Below are positions 1-8,310 of a DNA stretch of 32,000 bases, piece by piece. Each line of letters opens with the position of its first letter. Position 1 is the stretch's first letter. The position numbers and the translations under genes are program-made. The notes under the pieces are model-generated. The model worked only from the letters and a program-made list of their open reading frames with translations. It had not been told where the DNA came from and did not search any database. Source of the stretch: Cereibacter sphaeroides 2.4.1 (GTDB taxonomy: Bacteria; Pseudomonadota; Alphaproteobacteria; Rhodobacterales; Rhodobacteraceae); contig NC_007493.2 in assembly GCF_000012905.2 (NCBI RefSeq), positions 1,590,001 through 1,622,000 on the forward strand. The letters run 5' to 3'.

Positions 1-668
1 CGCATGAGGTGGCCGATGCCATCGCGCGCGAGGACTGGGACGAGCTGCGGGGCGAGCTGGGCGATCTTCTCCTGCAGACGGTGTTCCACGCGCGTATGGC
101 CGAAGAGCGCGGGCTCTTCGACTTCGAGGCGGTGGCCAAGGGCATCGCCGACAAGATGATCGCCCGCCACCCGCATGTCTTCGGCGACGCATCGCGCGAC
201 AAGTCGTCCGACCAGCAGACGCTGGACTGGGAGCGGATCAAGGCCGCCGAGCGGGCGGGCCGGGCGCAGGCGGGCGTGCTCGACGGGGTGGCGCTCGGCC
301 TTCCTGCCCTGACGCGGGCCGTGAAGCTGCAGAAGCGGGCCGCGCGCGTGGGCTTCGACTGGCCCTCGACCGGCGAGGTGCTCGACAAGATCACCGAGGA
401 GGCGCGCGAGCTGGTCGAGGCGCGTGACAGCCTCACCGCCGAGGAGACCTTCGAAGAATTCGGCGACCTTCTCTTCGTGATGGCGAACCTCGGCCGGCAT
501 CTGAAGATCGATCCTGAGGCGGCGTTGCGCGCGGCCAACGCCAAATTCACCCGCCGCTTCGAGCGAATCGAGGCCTGGCTCGCCGAAGAGGGCCGCGGCC
601 CCGAGGACAGCACCCTGGCCGAGATGGACGCGCTCTGGGATCGCGCCAAGGCCGAGGAACGCACCTGA
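1..668 (+). CDS. mazG: Nucleoside triphosphate pyrophosphohydrolase MazG, C-terminal part (5' end outside window)
   Basis: Frame is open from the window edge (HEVADAIAREDWDELRGELGDLLLQTVFHARMAEE...). It contains the tandem MazG EXXE/ELGDLL-type motifs (ELGDLL, EEFGDLLFVMANL) and IARHPHVFGD. Stop TGA at 666-668. Confidence 0.85.
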   Translation, partial: HEVADAIAREDWDELRGELGDLLLQTVFHARMAEERGLFDFEAVAKGIADKMIARHPHVFGDASRDKSSDQQTLDWERIKAAERAGRAQAGVLDGVALGLPALTRAVKLQKRAARVGFDWPSTGEVLDKITEEARELVEARDSLTAEETFEEFGDLLFVMANLGRHLKIDPEAALRAANAKFTRRFERIEAWLAEEGRGPEDSTLAEMDALWDRAKAEERT

Positions 669-852
669 GGGACGTCGAGGCTTCTGGGAATTCCTGCTCG
701 GCCCGTGTCGGGTCAACAGCAGCGTCGGGCGGATCGGGCTGGGCTTGTCGAGTGAGAGCGGCCGTCCCGAAGCCGGAGGGGGAGCTGGAACAGGCTCTGC
801 CGCGGCAGGCGAGATCAGCCGTGACGGCAGCGCTTGCCCCGGGCCGCTTTGT

Positions 853-900
853 TGACTGATAGACTCAGCGATTGACGACTGCTGCCAACCCGCCTATTGG
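853..900 (+). promoter_or_regulatory. Candidate operator dyad TGA-N9-TCA (853-867) next to a sigma70-like promoter TTGACG-N17-TATTGG (872-900), upstream of the Fe(3+)-binding protein gene
   Basis: Read directly: tgactgatagactca, with ttgac repeated at 852-856 and 872-876. The -10-like element ends 30 nt before the ATG at 931. The region is AT-richer than its surroundings. No experimental support. Confidence 0.3.
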
Positions 901-930
901 TCGGGCAATACCTGACAAAAGAGGTCACAT

Positions 931-1941
931 ATGCGTCACGCCGCTCTTCCGCTGGTAGCCCTTGCCCTTGGCACCACCGCCCTGCCCGCTCTGGCCGACG
1001 AGGTGAACATCTATTCGCACCGTCAGCCCGAGCTGATCCAGCCGCTGGTGGATGCCTTCACCGCCGAGACCGGCATCGACGTCAATGTGGCCTTCGTCGA
1101 CAAGGGCATGGCGGAACGGCTCGTGGCCGAAGGCAACCGCTCGCCGGCCGATCTGGTGCTGACGGTCGATATCGCGCGGCTGATGCAGGTCGTCGAGGCG
1201 GGCGTCACGCAGCCGGTTGAATCCGACGTGCTCTCCTCGAACATCCCGGCCGAGTTCCGCGATCCGGCGGGCCACTGGTTCGGCCTGACCAGCCGGGCCC
1301 GCATCGTCTATGCCTCGAAGGAGCGCGTGAAGGACGGCGAGGTCACGACCTACGAGGATCTCGCCTCGGACAAGTGGAAGGGCCGGATCTGCACCCGCTC
1401 CTTCACCAGCGACTACAACGTGGCGCTGACCGGCGCCGTTATCGCGCATCACGGCACCGAGGGCGCGAAGACCTGGCTCGAAGGGGTGAAGGCGAACCTC
1501 GCCCGCAAGCCCGAAGGCAACGACCGCGATCAGGTGAAGTCGATCTGGGCCGGCGAATGCGACATCAGCCTCGGCAACACCTACTACATGGGGCAGATGC
1601 TGGCCGATCCCGAGCAGAAGGAATGGGCGGACTCAGTCCGCATCGTCTTCCCGACCTTCGAGGGCGGCGGCACCCACATGAACATCTCGGGCGTCGCCAT
1701 GACGAAGGCCGCGCCGAACCGCGCGGCCGCGCTGAAGCTGATGGAGTGGCTTGCCTCCGACGAGGCGCAGCGGATCTACGCCGAGACGAACCACGAGTTC
1801 CCGGTCGAGCCCGGTGTCGCGCGGTCGGAGCTGGTGCAGAGCTGGGGCGAGTTCACGCCCGACGCGGTCAGCCTCGCCGAGGTGGCCTCGCATCGCGGCG
1901 AGGCGCTGAAGCTGATCGAGACCGTGGATTTCGACGGCTGA
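931..1941 (+). CDS. fbpA: Fe(3+) ABC transporter periplasmic substrate-binding protein (FbpA/AfuA/HitA family)
   Basis: 336 aa. Signal peptide MRHAALPLVALALGTTALPALA/DE, then EVNIYSHRQPELIQPL..., GHWFGLTSRARIVY and NTYYMG, typical of ferric-binding proteins. SD agagg lies 7 nt upstream. No cognate permease or ATPase genes are adjacent. Confidence 0.85.
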   Translation: MRHAALPLVALALGTTALPALADEVNIYSHRQPELIQPLVDAFTAETGIDVNVAFVDKGMAERLVAEGNRSPADLVLTVDIARLMQVVEAGVTQPVESDVLSSNIPAEFRDPAGHWFGLTSRARIVYASKERVKDGEVTTYEDLASDKWKGRICTRSFTSDYNVALTGAVIAHHGTEGAKTWLEGVKANLARKPEGNDRDQVKSIWAGECDISLGNTYYMGQMLADPEQKEWADSVRIVFPTFEGGGTHMNISGVAMTKAAPNRAAALKLMEWLASDEAQRIYAETNHEFPVEPGVARSELVQSWGEFTPDAVSLAEVASHRGEALKLIETVDFDG

Positions 1942-1994
1942 CCTTCCGCAGCCGTCCGGCATCCCCTGCGGTGACGGGCGGTAGCGGCTGACCG

Positions 1995-2027
1995 GCGCTC
2001 CGGCAACTCGCCGGGGCGCTCTGCTTT
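1995..2027 (+). terminator. Candidate intrinsic terminator after fbpA
   Basis: Stem gcgctccggc (1995-2004), loop aactc, stem gccggggcgc (2010-2019): 10 bp with one G.U pair. It is followed by tctgcttt. Confidence 0.4.
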
Positions 2028-2167
2028 CCCCTCCTTGCCTGACCCGGCCCGCTGCCCGTCCCACGGCGAACCGCAGGCGTACGGGTCGCGCGGATCCTCC
2101 CCCTGCGTCGCGATGGACAAGCGCCGCGTCCTGCGCTTTGGTGCCCGGACCCAGCTCAGGAGACGCC

Positions 2168-3109
2168 ATGACCCCGCCCCGCCGGATCATCATCGACACG
2201 GACCCCGGACAGGACGACGCCGTGGCGATCCTGCTCGCGCTGGCCAGCCCCGAACTCGAGGTGCTGGGCATCACCGCCGTGGCGGGCAACGTGCCGCTGC
2301 GGCTCACCGAGCGCAATGCGCGCATCCTCTGCGAGATCGCGGGCCGGACCGACATTCCCGTCTTCGCGGGCTGCGACGCGCCGCTGGCTCGGCCCCTCGT
2401 CACGGCCGAGCATGTCCACGGCAAGACCGGCCTCGACGGGCCGGCCCTGCCCGACCCCACCCTGCCCCTGCAGGAGCGCCACGCGGTCGATTACCTGATC
2501 GAGACGCTGCGATCCGAGCCCGCAGGCAGCATCACGCTCTGCCCGCTCGGTCCCCTCACCAACATCGCGGCCATGCTTCAGCGCGCGCCGGACGTGGCGC
2601 CGCGCATCCGCGAGATCGTGCTGATGGGCGGGGCCTATTTCGAGGTGGGCAACATCACCCCCACCGCCGAGTTCAACATCTTCGTCGATCCCGAGGCCGC
2701 GGCCATCGTCTTCGGCGCCGGCGTGCCGCTCGTCGTCATGCCGCTCGACGTGACGCACAAGGCCGTCACCGACAGGGCCCGCGTGGCGCGGTTCCGCGAG
2801 ATGGGCACCCGGATCGGGGAGCTGGTCGAGGAATGGATGGACTTCTTCGAGCGGTTCGACCGCGAGAAATACGGCAGCGAGGGCGCGCCGCTGCACGACC
2901 CCTGCGTGATCGCCTATCTCCTCAACCCCGACCTCTTCCTCGGGCGGCACATCAATGTCGAGATCGAGACCGAGGGCCGCTTCACCACCGGCATGACGGT
3001 GGCGGACTGGTGGCGGGTGAGCGACCGGACACCGAACGCGCTCTTCATGCGCGACCTCGATGCGGACGGCTTCTTCGCGCTCCTGACCGAACGGATCGCG
3101 CGGCTCTGA
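2168..3109 (+). CDS. Inosine/uridine-preferring nucleoside hydrolase family protein
   Basis: N-terminal IIIDTDPGQDDAVAILLAL (DXDXXXDD Ca/ribose-binding fingerprint). The ATG at 2168 is preceded by ggag and preferred over the TTG at 2138. 313 aa. Confidence 0.85.
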   Translation: MTPPRRIIIDTDPGQDDAVAILLALASPELEVLGITAVAGNVPLRLTERNARILCEIAGRTDIPVFAGCDAPLARPLVTAEHVHGKTGLDGPALPDPTLPLQERHAVDYLIETLRSEPAGSITLCPLGPLTNIAAMLQRAPDVAPRIREIVLMGGAYFEVGNITPTAEFNIFVDPEAAAIVFGAGVPLVVMPLDVTHKAVTDRARVARFREMGTRIGELVEEWMDFFERFDREKYGSEGAPLHDPCVIAYLLNPDLFLGRHINVEIETEGRFTTGMTVADWWRVSDRTPNALFMRDLDADGFFALLTERIARL

Positions 3110-3176
3110 GGCGCCGGCACCCGCCCGGGTGCGGAACCTGCCCGGGCGCGCCCGCTCTCCGCAGGAGCAGGCCGGG

Positions 3177-4217
3177 TCAGGCCAGAGGCAGCGTCACGAT
3201 GAAGCGGCTGCCCTGCCCCAGCTCGCTCTCGATGAGGAAGCGGCCGCGGTGCCGGTTCACGATATGCTTCACGATGGCGAGGCCCAGCCCGGTGCCGCCC
3301 TTCTCGCGCGAGCGGTGGTTGTCCACGCGGTAGAACCGCTCGGTCAGCCGCGGCAGATGGATGGCGTCGATCCCCTCGCCCCGATCCACCACCTCGATCC
3401 GCACCGCGGGCCCGAGCCGCGCGAGGCCCTCGGCATCGCGGGAGATCCCGACGGTGACAAGCTTGCCCGAAGCGCCGTATTTCACCGCATTCTCGATGAG
3501 GTTGTGAAAGACCTGCGTGAGCTGGTCGGGGTCTCCCGGCAGCAGGATCGGCCCCGCCTCGCCCTGACGCTGGATCTCGACGCCCGCGGCCTCGGCCATG
3601 GGGCGCAGCGCCGCGATGGCCTGTCCGATCACCGCCGTCACATCCACCGGGGTCTTCGGCCGCACCCTCTCTTCCGATTCCACCCGGCTCAGCGACAGGA
3701 GGTCCTGCACCAGCCGGTTCATCCGGCCCGCCTCCCGCGCCATGATGCCGAGAAACCGGCTCCGTGCCGCGGGATCGTCGCGCGCAGCGCCCTGCAGCGT
3801 CTCGATGAAGCCGAGGAGCGCCGTGAGGGGGGTGCGCAGTTCGTGGCTCACGTTCGCCACGAAGTCGCGCCGGATCGCGCCCATCTGCTCCTGCTCGGTG
3901 ATGTCCTCGAAGGCGCAGAGCGCGCAGCTCTCGCCGTGGATGCGGACCGGCGTCACCGTCGCGCGATAGGTCACCTCCCGCGAGGGTCCGGTGATGATGT
4001 AGCGCGCGCGCCCCGGCCGATCGAGCCGGATCGCGCCCTCGATCGCATCGAGCAGCGCCGGCTGCCGCATCGCCATCACATAATGCCGCGCCACGCTCGC
4101 GGCGCCGAACAGCCGCTGCGCCGGCGCGTTGGCCGCCCGGATCCGCTCATCCGGGCCGATCAGCACGAGGGGCAGCGGCACACCCTCCAGAAGCTGAGTT
4201 GCATCCTGCGCCTGCAT
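3177..4217 (-). CDS. Soluble PAS-containing sensor histidine kinase, PhoR-like (HisKA + HATPase_c)
   Basis: 346 aa. H-box FVANVSHELRTPLTALLGF, N-box HNLIENAVKY, G-boxes DRGEGI and GGTGLGLAIVKHIV. N-terminal PAS-like region and no hydrophobic TM segment. SD gggag upstream of the ATG at 4217. Confidence 0.85.
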   Translation of the reverse strand: MQAQDATQLLEGVPLPLVLIGPDERIRAANAPAQRLFGAASVARHYVMAMRQPALLDAIEGAIRLDRPGRARYIITGPSREVTYRATVTPVRIHGESCALCAFEDITEQEQMGAIRRDFVANVSHELRTPLTALLGFIETLQGAARDDPAARSRFLGIMAREAGRMNRLVQDLLSLSRVESEERVRPKTPVDVTAVIGQAIAALRPMAEAAGVEIQRQGEAGPILLPGDPDQLTQVFHNLIENAVKYGASGKLVTVGISRDAEGLARLGPAVRIEVVDRGEGIDAIHLPRLTERFYRVDNHRSREKGGTGLGLAIVKHIVNRHRGRFLIESELGQGSRFIVTLPLA

Positions 4218-4302
4218 TGCGGTCTCCCTCTGCCTCGACCCCTTCCTGCCATGCGCCGAGGGTCAGTGCCAGCCGTGCCATTTCCGCAACAGAGGACAGA
4301 GA

Positions 4303-4794
4303 ATGCCTCTTCAACCGGACCCGATCGGGAACCTGAACATTTCTTTCGAAACAAATCCGGCGGGGGCAGGTATCGGGGTGAGACGACAGGACGCGAGCAG
4401 GCACGGGCGGCCTTGGCTGAGACTGGTCTGGGACGGCGAAAAGCGGGTCGCACCGCTGCCCGATACGGCGGGTCCATCGCGGCTGAGGGACGGTCCCGCC
4501 GCCATCCGGCTGATCGCGACCGAGGGCGGACCTCCCGGGCCGTCCTCCATGGCCGAGACCGGTCTCTCGGGCCTCACCGCGCTGCTTCTGGCCGATCTTG
4601 CACCCGCGGCTGTCTCGGTGCCGCTGATCGCGGCCGATTGCGACGCCGTGGATCTTCTCCACCGGCTGCGCGGGCTGGGCTATGCGGGGCGCGTGATCGT
4701 GCGCTGCCCGCCGCTGCCCGCGCCGGATCTGGTCGAGCGCGAGCTCTCCCGCCATGCGGCGGGCCTCGCCATAAACCTCGTGGCCGGGGACTAG
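4303..4794 (+). CDS. Hypothetical protein; start uncertain (ATG 4303 with SD agagga, GTG 4378, or ATG 4549)
   Basis: Third-position GC rises along the ORF: about 58% in the first 24 codons and about 84% in the last 81. Only the 3' part therefore looks clearly coding. No motif recognised; the C-terminal half loosely resembles a degenerate receiver fold (PLIAADCDAVDLLHRLRGLGYAGRVIV). Confidence 0.4.
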   Translation: MPLQPDPIGNLNISFETNPAGAGIGVRRQDASRHGRPWLRLVWDGEKRVAPLPDTAGPSRLRDGPAAIRLIATEGGPPGPSSMAETGLSGLTALLLADLAPAAVSVPLIAADCDAVDLLHRLRGLGYAGRVIVRCPPLPAPDLVERELSRHAAGLAINLVAGD

Positions 4795-4798
4795 CGCC

Positions 4799-5992
4799 TC
4801 AGGCGTCGCGGGCTGCGGCCACACCCGCGGTGAAGTCGCGGATCAGGAGATCCGCCTCCTCGACGCCCACCGAGATGCGGAAGAAGCCCTCCGAAATGCC
4901 GAGCCGCGCCCGCACCTCAGGCGCGACCGCCCGGTGCGAGGAGGAGGCCGGGTGCGAGAGCGTGGTGCCGACGTCGCCCAGCGTGGGCGCGAAGGCCACG
5001 GCCGGCATGGCGCGGGTCAGCGCATTGGCCGCCGCGCGCCCGCCCTCGAGCTCGAAGGACAGCATGTTGCCGCCGCGCCGTCCGAGCAGCGCCACTGCTC
5101 GTGCCTGATCGGGATGATCGGCCCGCAGCGGATAGATCACGCGCCGCACCCCCGGCAGACCCGCCAGATGATCGGCCAGCCGGGCGGCAGTCTCCTCGGC
5201 CCGGTCGTAGCGGAGGTGGAAGGAGAGAAGCCCGCGCTCGGCCAGCCAGCAGTCGAACGGGCTGGGCGTAAGGCCCGTCGTCACCGCGAACAGCTCGACC
5301 GCCCGGCGCAGCTCGGCCGTGCGGCAGGCGACATAGCCGAGCGTCACGTCCGAATGGCCGGCCAGAAGCTTCGTCACCGAATGGATCACGATATCCGCGC
5401 CATGGTCGAAGGGCCGGATCCCCCGCGGGGTCGAGAAGGTGCTGTCGACGGCAAGAAGGATCCCCCGCGCGCGGCAGAGCGCGGCGATGCCATCGAGATC
5501 GGCTACCCGAAGCGTCGGGTTCGAGACCACCTCGATCAGCACGAGTTTCGTCTCGGGCCGGAGCGCCGCCTCGACCGCCGCCGCATCGGTGGCATCGGCG
5601 AGCGAGGTGGCGATCCCGAGCCGCGGCAGATCCTCGGCCATCATCCGCAGCGACCGGCCATAGAGCTGGTCGCCGCCCACCACATGATCGCCCGCACGCA
5701 GAAGGCCCAGTAGCACCGCCGCCACCGCCGCCATCCCCGAGCCCACGACGATCCCGCCCTCGGCCCCTTCCAGCGCATCGATCTTGCGCGCCAGCACCTC
5801 GGCATTGGGATGGCCCTCGCGGGCATAGGTGAAACCCTTGACCTGCCCCGCATATTGCGCGTCGAGCTGGTCGGGGTCGAGCGAGGCATAGACCACCGAG
5901 GGCTGCAGCGGCGTCACCACCGGCCGGCTCACGCTCTCGGGCCAGGGCGTCCGGCGCACGAGGCTTTCGGGAATGTCGTCGCGATCGGCCAT
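4799..5992 (-). CDS. Cys/Met-metabolism PLP-dependent enzyme (cystathionine gamma-synthase / beta-lyase family)
   Basis: 397 aa. PLP-lysine motif HSVTKLLAGHSDV, plus NPTLRVADL and SLGDV-like TLGDVGTTLSHPASSSH. SD aaggag upstream of the ATG at 5992. Confidence 0.85.
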   Translation of the reverse strand: MADRDDIPESLVRRTPWPESVSRPVVTPLQPSVVYASLDPDQLDAQYAGQVKGFTYAREGHPNAEVLARKIDALEGAEGGIVVGSGMAAVAAVLLGLLRAGDHVVGGDQLYGRSLRMMAEDLPRLGIATSLADATDAAAVEAALRPETKLVLIEVVSNPTLRVADLDGIAALCRARGILLAVDSTFSTPRGIRPFDHGADIVIHSVTKLLAGHSDVTLGYVACRTAELRRAVELFAVTTGLTPSPFDCWLAERGLLSFHLRYDRAEETAARLADHLAGLPGVRRVIYPLRADHPDQARAVALLGRRGGNMLSFELEGGRAAANALTRAMPAVAFAPTLGDVGTTLSHPASSSHRAVAPEVRARLGISEGFFRISVGVEEADLLIRDFTAGVAAARDA

Positions 5993-6034
5993 GGGCGTCT
6001 CCTTCAGGCTGCCGGGGCGGCCCCGGCCGAATGG

Positions 6035-6055
6035 AAAGGGGCGGCCACCCGCCCC
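6035..6055 (-). terminator. Candidate intrinsic terminator downstream of the yicC-gmk-gamma-CA operon
   Basis: On the minus strand: GGGGCGG gtgg CCGCCCC followed by TTTCCATT. A second GC hairpin lies at 6011-6027 (gccgggg cgg ccccggc). Confidence 0.4.
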
Positions 6056-6074
6056 CCGTCAGCGGCCGCGCCGG

Positions 6075-6593
6075 TCAGAGCGCGGTGAGGCCCGCGCGGA
6101 AGCGGCGGGCGTTGGCCGCATAGCCCTCGGCCGAGGCGATCAGCCGGGCGCGCTCTTCCTCGGTCAGCTCTCTCACCACCTTGCCGGGAGAGCCCTTGAC
6201 CAGCGAGAAATCCGGGATCTCCTTGCCCTCGGTCACGAGCGCACAGGCGCCGATCAGGCAGAACCGGCCGATCTTCGCGCCGTTGAGGACCGTGGCGCCC
6301 ATGCCGATCAGGCTGTTCTCGCCGATGGTGCAGCCGTGCAGCATGGCCTTGTGGCCGATGGTGCAGTTAGCCCCCACCGTCAGCGGATAGCCCATGTCGG
6401 TGTGCAGCACCGCATTCTCCTGCACGTTCGAGCCCGCGCCGATCACGATCTCCTCGTTGTCGCCGCGCAGGGCCGCGCCGAACCAGACCGAGCTTCCGGC
6501 CTCCAGCACCACCTTGCCGATCACGCTCGCGCCGGGTGCGACCCAGGCCTCGGCATCGATGCGCGGCGCGACGCCGTCCAGTGCATAGATCAT
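6075..6593 (-). CDS. Gamma-class carbonic anhydrase-like / hexapeptide-repeat (LbH) protein (YrdA/PaaY family)
   Basis: 172 aa. Left-handed beta-helix hexapeptide repeats ([22 protein letters not shown]..., [31 protein letters not shown]). The start ATG overlaps the gmk stop (ATGA). Confidence 0.85.
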   Translation of the reverse strand: MIYALDGVAPRIDAEAWVAPGASVIGKVVLEAGSSVWFGAALRGDNEEIVIGAGSNVQENAVLHTDMGYPLTVGANCTIGHKAMLHGCTIGENSLIGMGATVLNGAKIGRFCLIGACALVTEGKEIPDFSLVKGSPGKVVRELTEEERARLIASAEGYAANARRFRAGLTAL

Positions 6594-7225
6594 CTCGTCT
6601 CGAACTCCCCGTTGAGGCCGCGCACGAAGTCCATCAGGTCGGGCTGGCGGTCGCGGCGCAGACGCTCGGCGGAGAGGATCATTTTCAGCTGCTCCTCCGC
6701 AAGGTCGAGATCGCGATTGACGAGCACATAATCATATTCCGCCCAATGGCTGATCTCGTCCTTCGAGCGCGCCATGCGGGTGGCGATCACCTCCTCGCTG
6801 TCCTGCGCCCGCGACCGCAGGCGGCGGTCGAGCTCACCGATCGAGGGCGGCAGCACGAAGATCGAGACCACGTCGCGGCCGAGCGAGGAGTTGCGGATCT
6901 GCTGGCCGCCCTGCCAGTCGATGTCGAACAAGGTGTCGTGGCCCTGCTCCAGCGCCTTCTCGACCGGAGCCTTGGGCGAGCCGTAGAAATTGCCGAAGAC
7001 CTCGGCATGTTCGAGCATCTCGCCCGCCTCGACGGCGGCGATGAATTCGTCGCGGGTGCGGAAGTAGTAATCGCGCCCGTCCACCTCGCCCGGCCGCGGC
7101 GCGCGGGTGGTGGCCGAGACCGAGAAGCGGATCGAGGGATCCCAGGCGGTCAGCCGCTTCGAGAGGGTCGATTTGCCCGCGCCCGACGGCGAGGAGAGGA
7201 TCAGAAGAAGTCCACGACGGGCCAA
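6590..7225 (-). CDS. gmk: Guanylate kinase
   Basis: 211 aa. P-loop [11 protein letters not shown], plus [19 protein letters not shown] and FDIDWQG motifs. Confidence 0.95.
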   Translation of the reverse strand: MARRGLLLILSSPSGAGKSTLSKRLTAWDPSIRFSVSATTRAPRPGEVDGRDYYFRTRDEFIAAVEAGEMLEHAEVFGNFYGSPKAPVEKALEQGHDTLFDIDWQGGQQIRNSSLGRDVVSIFVLPPSIGELDRRLRSRAQDSEEVIATRMARSKDEISHWAEYDYVLVNRDLDLAEEQLKMILSAERLRRDRQPDLMDFVRGLNGEFETR

Positions 7226-7229
7226 GGGC

Positions 7230-8120
7230 TTACTCCACGTTCTGGATCTGCTCGCGCATCTGGTCGATGACGGTCTTCAGGTCGAGCCCGACCCGCGTCA
7301 GCGCCAGCGACTGCGCCTTCGAGCAGAGCGTGTTGGCCTCGCGCATGAACTCCTGCACGAGGAAATCCATCCGCCGCCCCACGGGCGCCGTCTCGCCCAG
7401 AAGCGTGCGGGCGGCCGCGACATGGGCCGCCAGCCGGTCGAGCTCTTCGGTCACGTCCTGCTTGACGGCCAGAAGCGCCAGCTCCTGCGCGATGCGGGTC
7501 TCGTCGAGACCCTCGCCTGCCGCGAGGAGACGGGCCAGATTTTCACGAAGCGCGAATGGCGCGGCCTCGCGGCGCGCCTCGGCCTCGGTGCGGGCCTCGG
7601 CAGTAAGCGCCTCGATCCGGTCGAGCTGCGCGCCGATCAGCCGGGCCAGAGCCTCGCCCTCGCTGCGCCGCATCTCGGTGAAGGCCGCCAGCAGCTCCGG
7701 CAGTTCGGCCAGCAGCGCCGCGCGGAGCGGGCCCGTATCCTCGACCCCCGTCGCCTGTTCGAGGACGCCACGCAGCCCCAGCACGTCGGCCGGGCTCGCC
7801 GGGCGCAGCTCGATCCCCGAGCCGTGCGCAGCCGCCGAAACCTCGGCCAGCGCGCGCAGCATCGACTGGAGCGCGCCGACGTTGACCCGGAGCCCGTCCG
7901 TTCCGCCCTCGGCCGCGACCTTGAGCGAGAGGCTGACGCTGCCCCGTTGCAGAACCCGGCCGAGTTCGGCCCGGATCGCGGGCTCCAGCCCCTCGATCCA
8001 GTCCGGCACCCGCAACCGCAGATCGAGGCCCTTGCCGTTCACCGAGCGCAGTTCCCAGAGCCAGGAGTGGCCCTCGCCCTGGCCGCGGCGCGCCGCGAAG
8101 CCGGTCATCGAGCTGATCAT
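7230..8120 (-). CDS. yicC: YicC-family stress-induced protein
   Basis: 296 aa. MISSMTGFA...[18 protein letters not shown] at the N-terminus and the C-terminal DUF1732-like [20 protein letters not shown]. Strong SD GAGGAGG. The conserved yicC-gmk linkage is present. Confidence 0.9.
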   Translation of the reverse strand: MISSMTGFAARRGQGEGHSWLWELRSVNGKGLDLRLRVPDWIEGLEPAIRAELGRVLQRGSVSLSLKVAAEGGTDGLRVNVGALQSMLRALAEVSAAAHGSGIELRPASPADVLGLRGVLEQATGVEDTGPLRAALLAELPELLAAFTEMRRSEGEALARLIGAQLDRIEALTAEARTEAEARREAAPFALRENLARLLAAGEGLDETRIAQELALLAVKQDVTEELDRLAAHVAAARTLLGETAPVGRRMDFLVQEFMREANTLCSKAQSLALTRVGLDLKTVIDQMREQIQNVE

Positions 8121-8310
8121 GCAGTCCTCCTCGACCCCGCCCGTCCGTTTACCATTCTCTCAGAATCTTCACCCCGAGATACGAAAGGAGGGATAGATTA
8201 ACATTTGAATAACCATTGCGGCCGGAGCCCGGCTTCGCCCGCAGCGGCGCATAACAGAGCGACGGATGCGCGGCAAGCCGCGCGGCCCCATGGGAAACGG
8301 GAGGCAAGTC

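Noticed and set aside
4218-4302. Possible Pho box (CTGTCC...TTGCGG) or sigma54 promoter (TGGCACGGCTGGCAC) upstream of the PhoR-like kinase
   Set aside because: The second Pho half-site does not match CTGTCA at 11-bp spacing. The GG/GC elements are 8 nt apart rather than 10, and no TTGC is present.
4335-4352. Alphaproteobacterial LexA box (GAAC-N7-GAAC) near the AT-rich palindrome
   Set aside because: After GAAC at 4335-4338 and 7 nt the sequence is TCGA, not GAAC. No direct repeat at the correct spacing.
3129-5108. 659-aa plus-strand ORF spanning the kinase, the hypothetical ORF and the PLP enzyme
   Set aside because: It runs antisense to, or out of frame with, genes that have clear motifs. 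The product is Arg/Ala/Pro/Gly-rich with no motif. This is a typical long open frame of very GC-rich DNA.
5993-6074. SAM-II or other riboswitch ahead of the Cys/Met PLP enzyme gene
   Set aside because: The 82-nt spacer consists of two simple GC hairpins, better explained as the upstream operon's terminator. There is no U-rich or AAAGC-type SAM-II pseudoknot signature.
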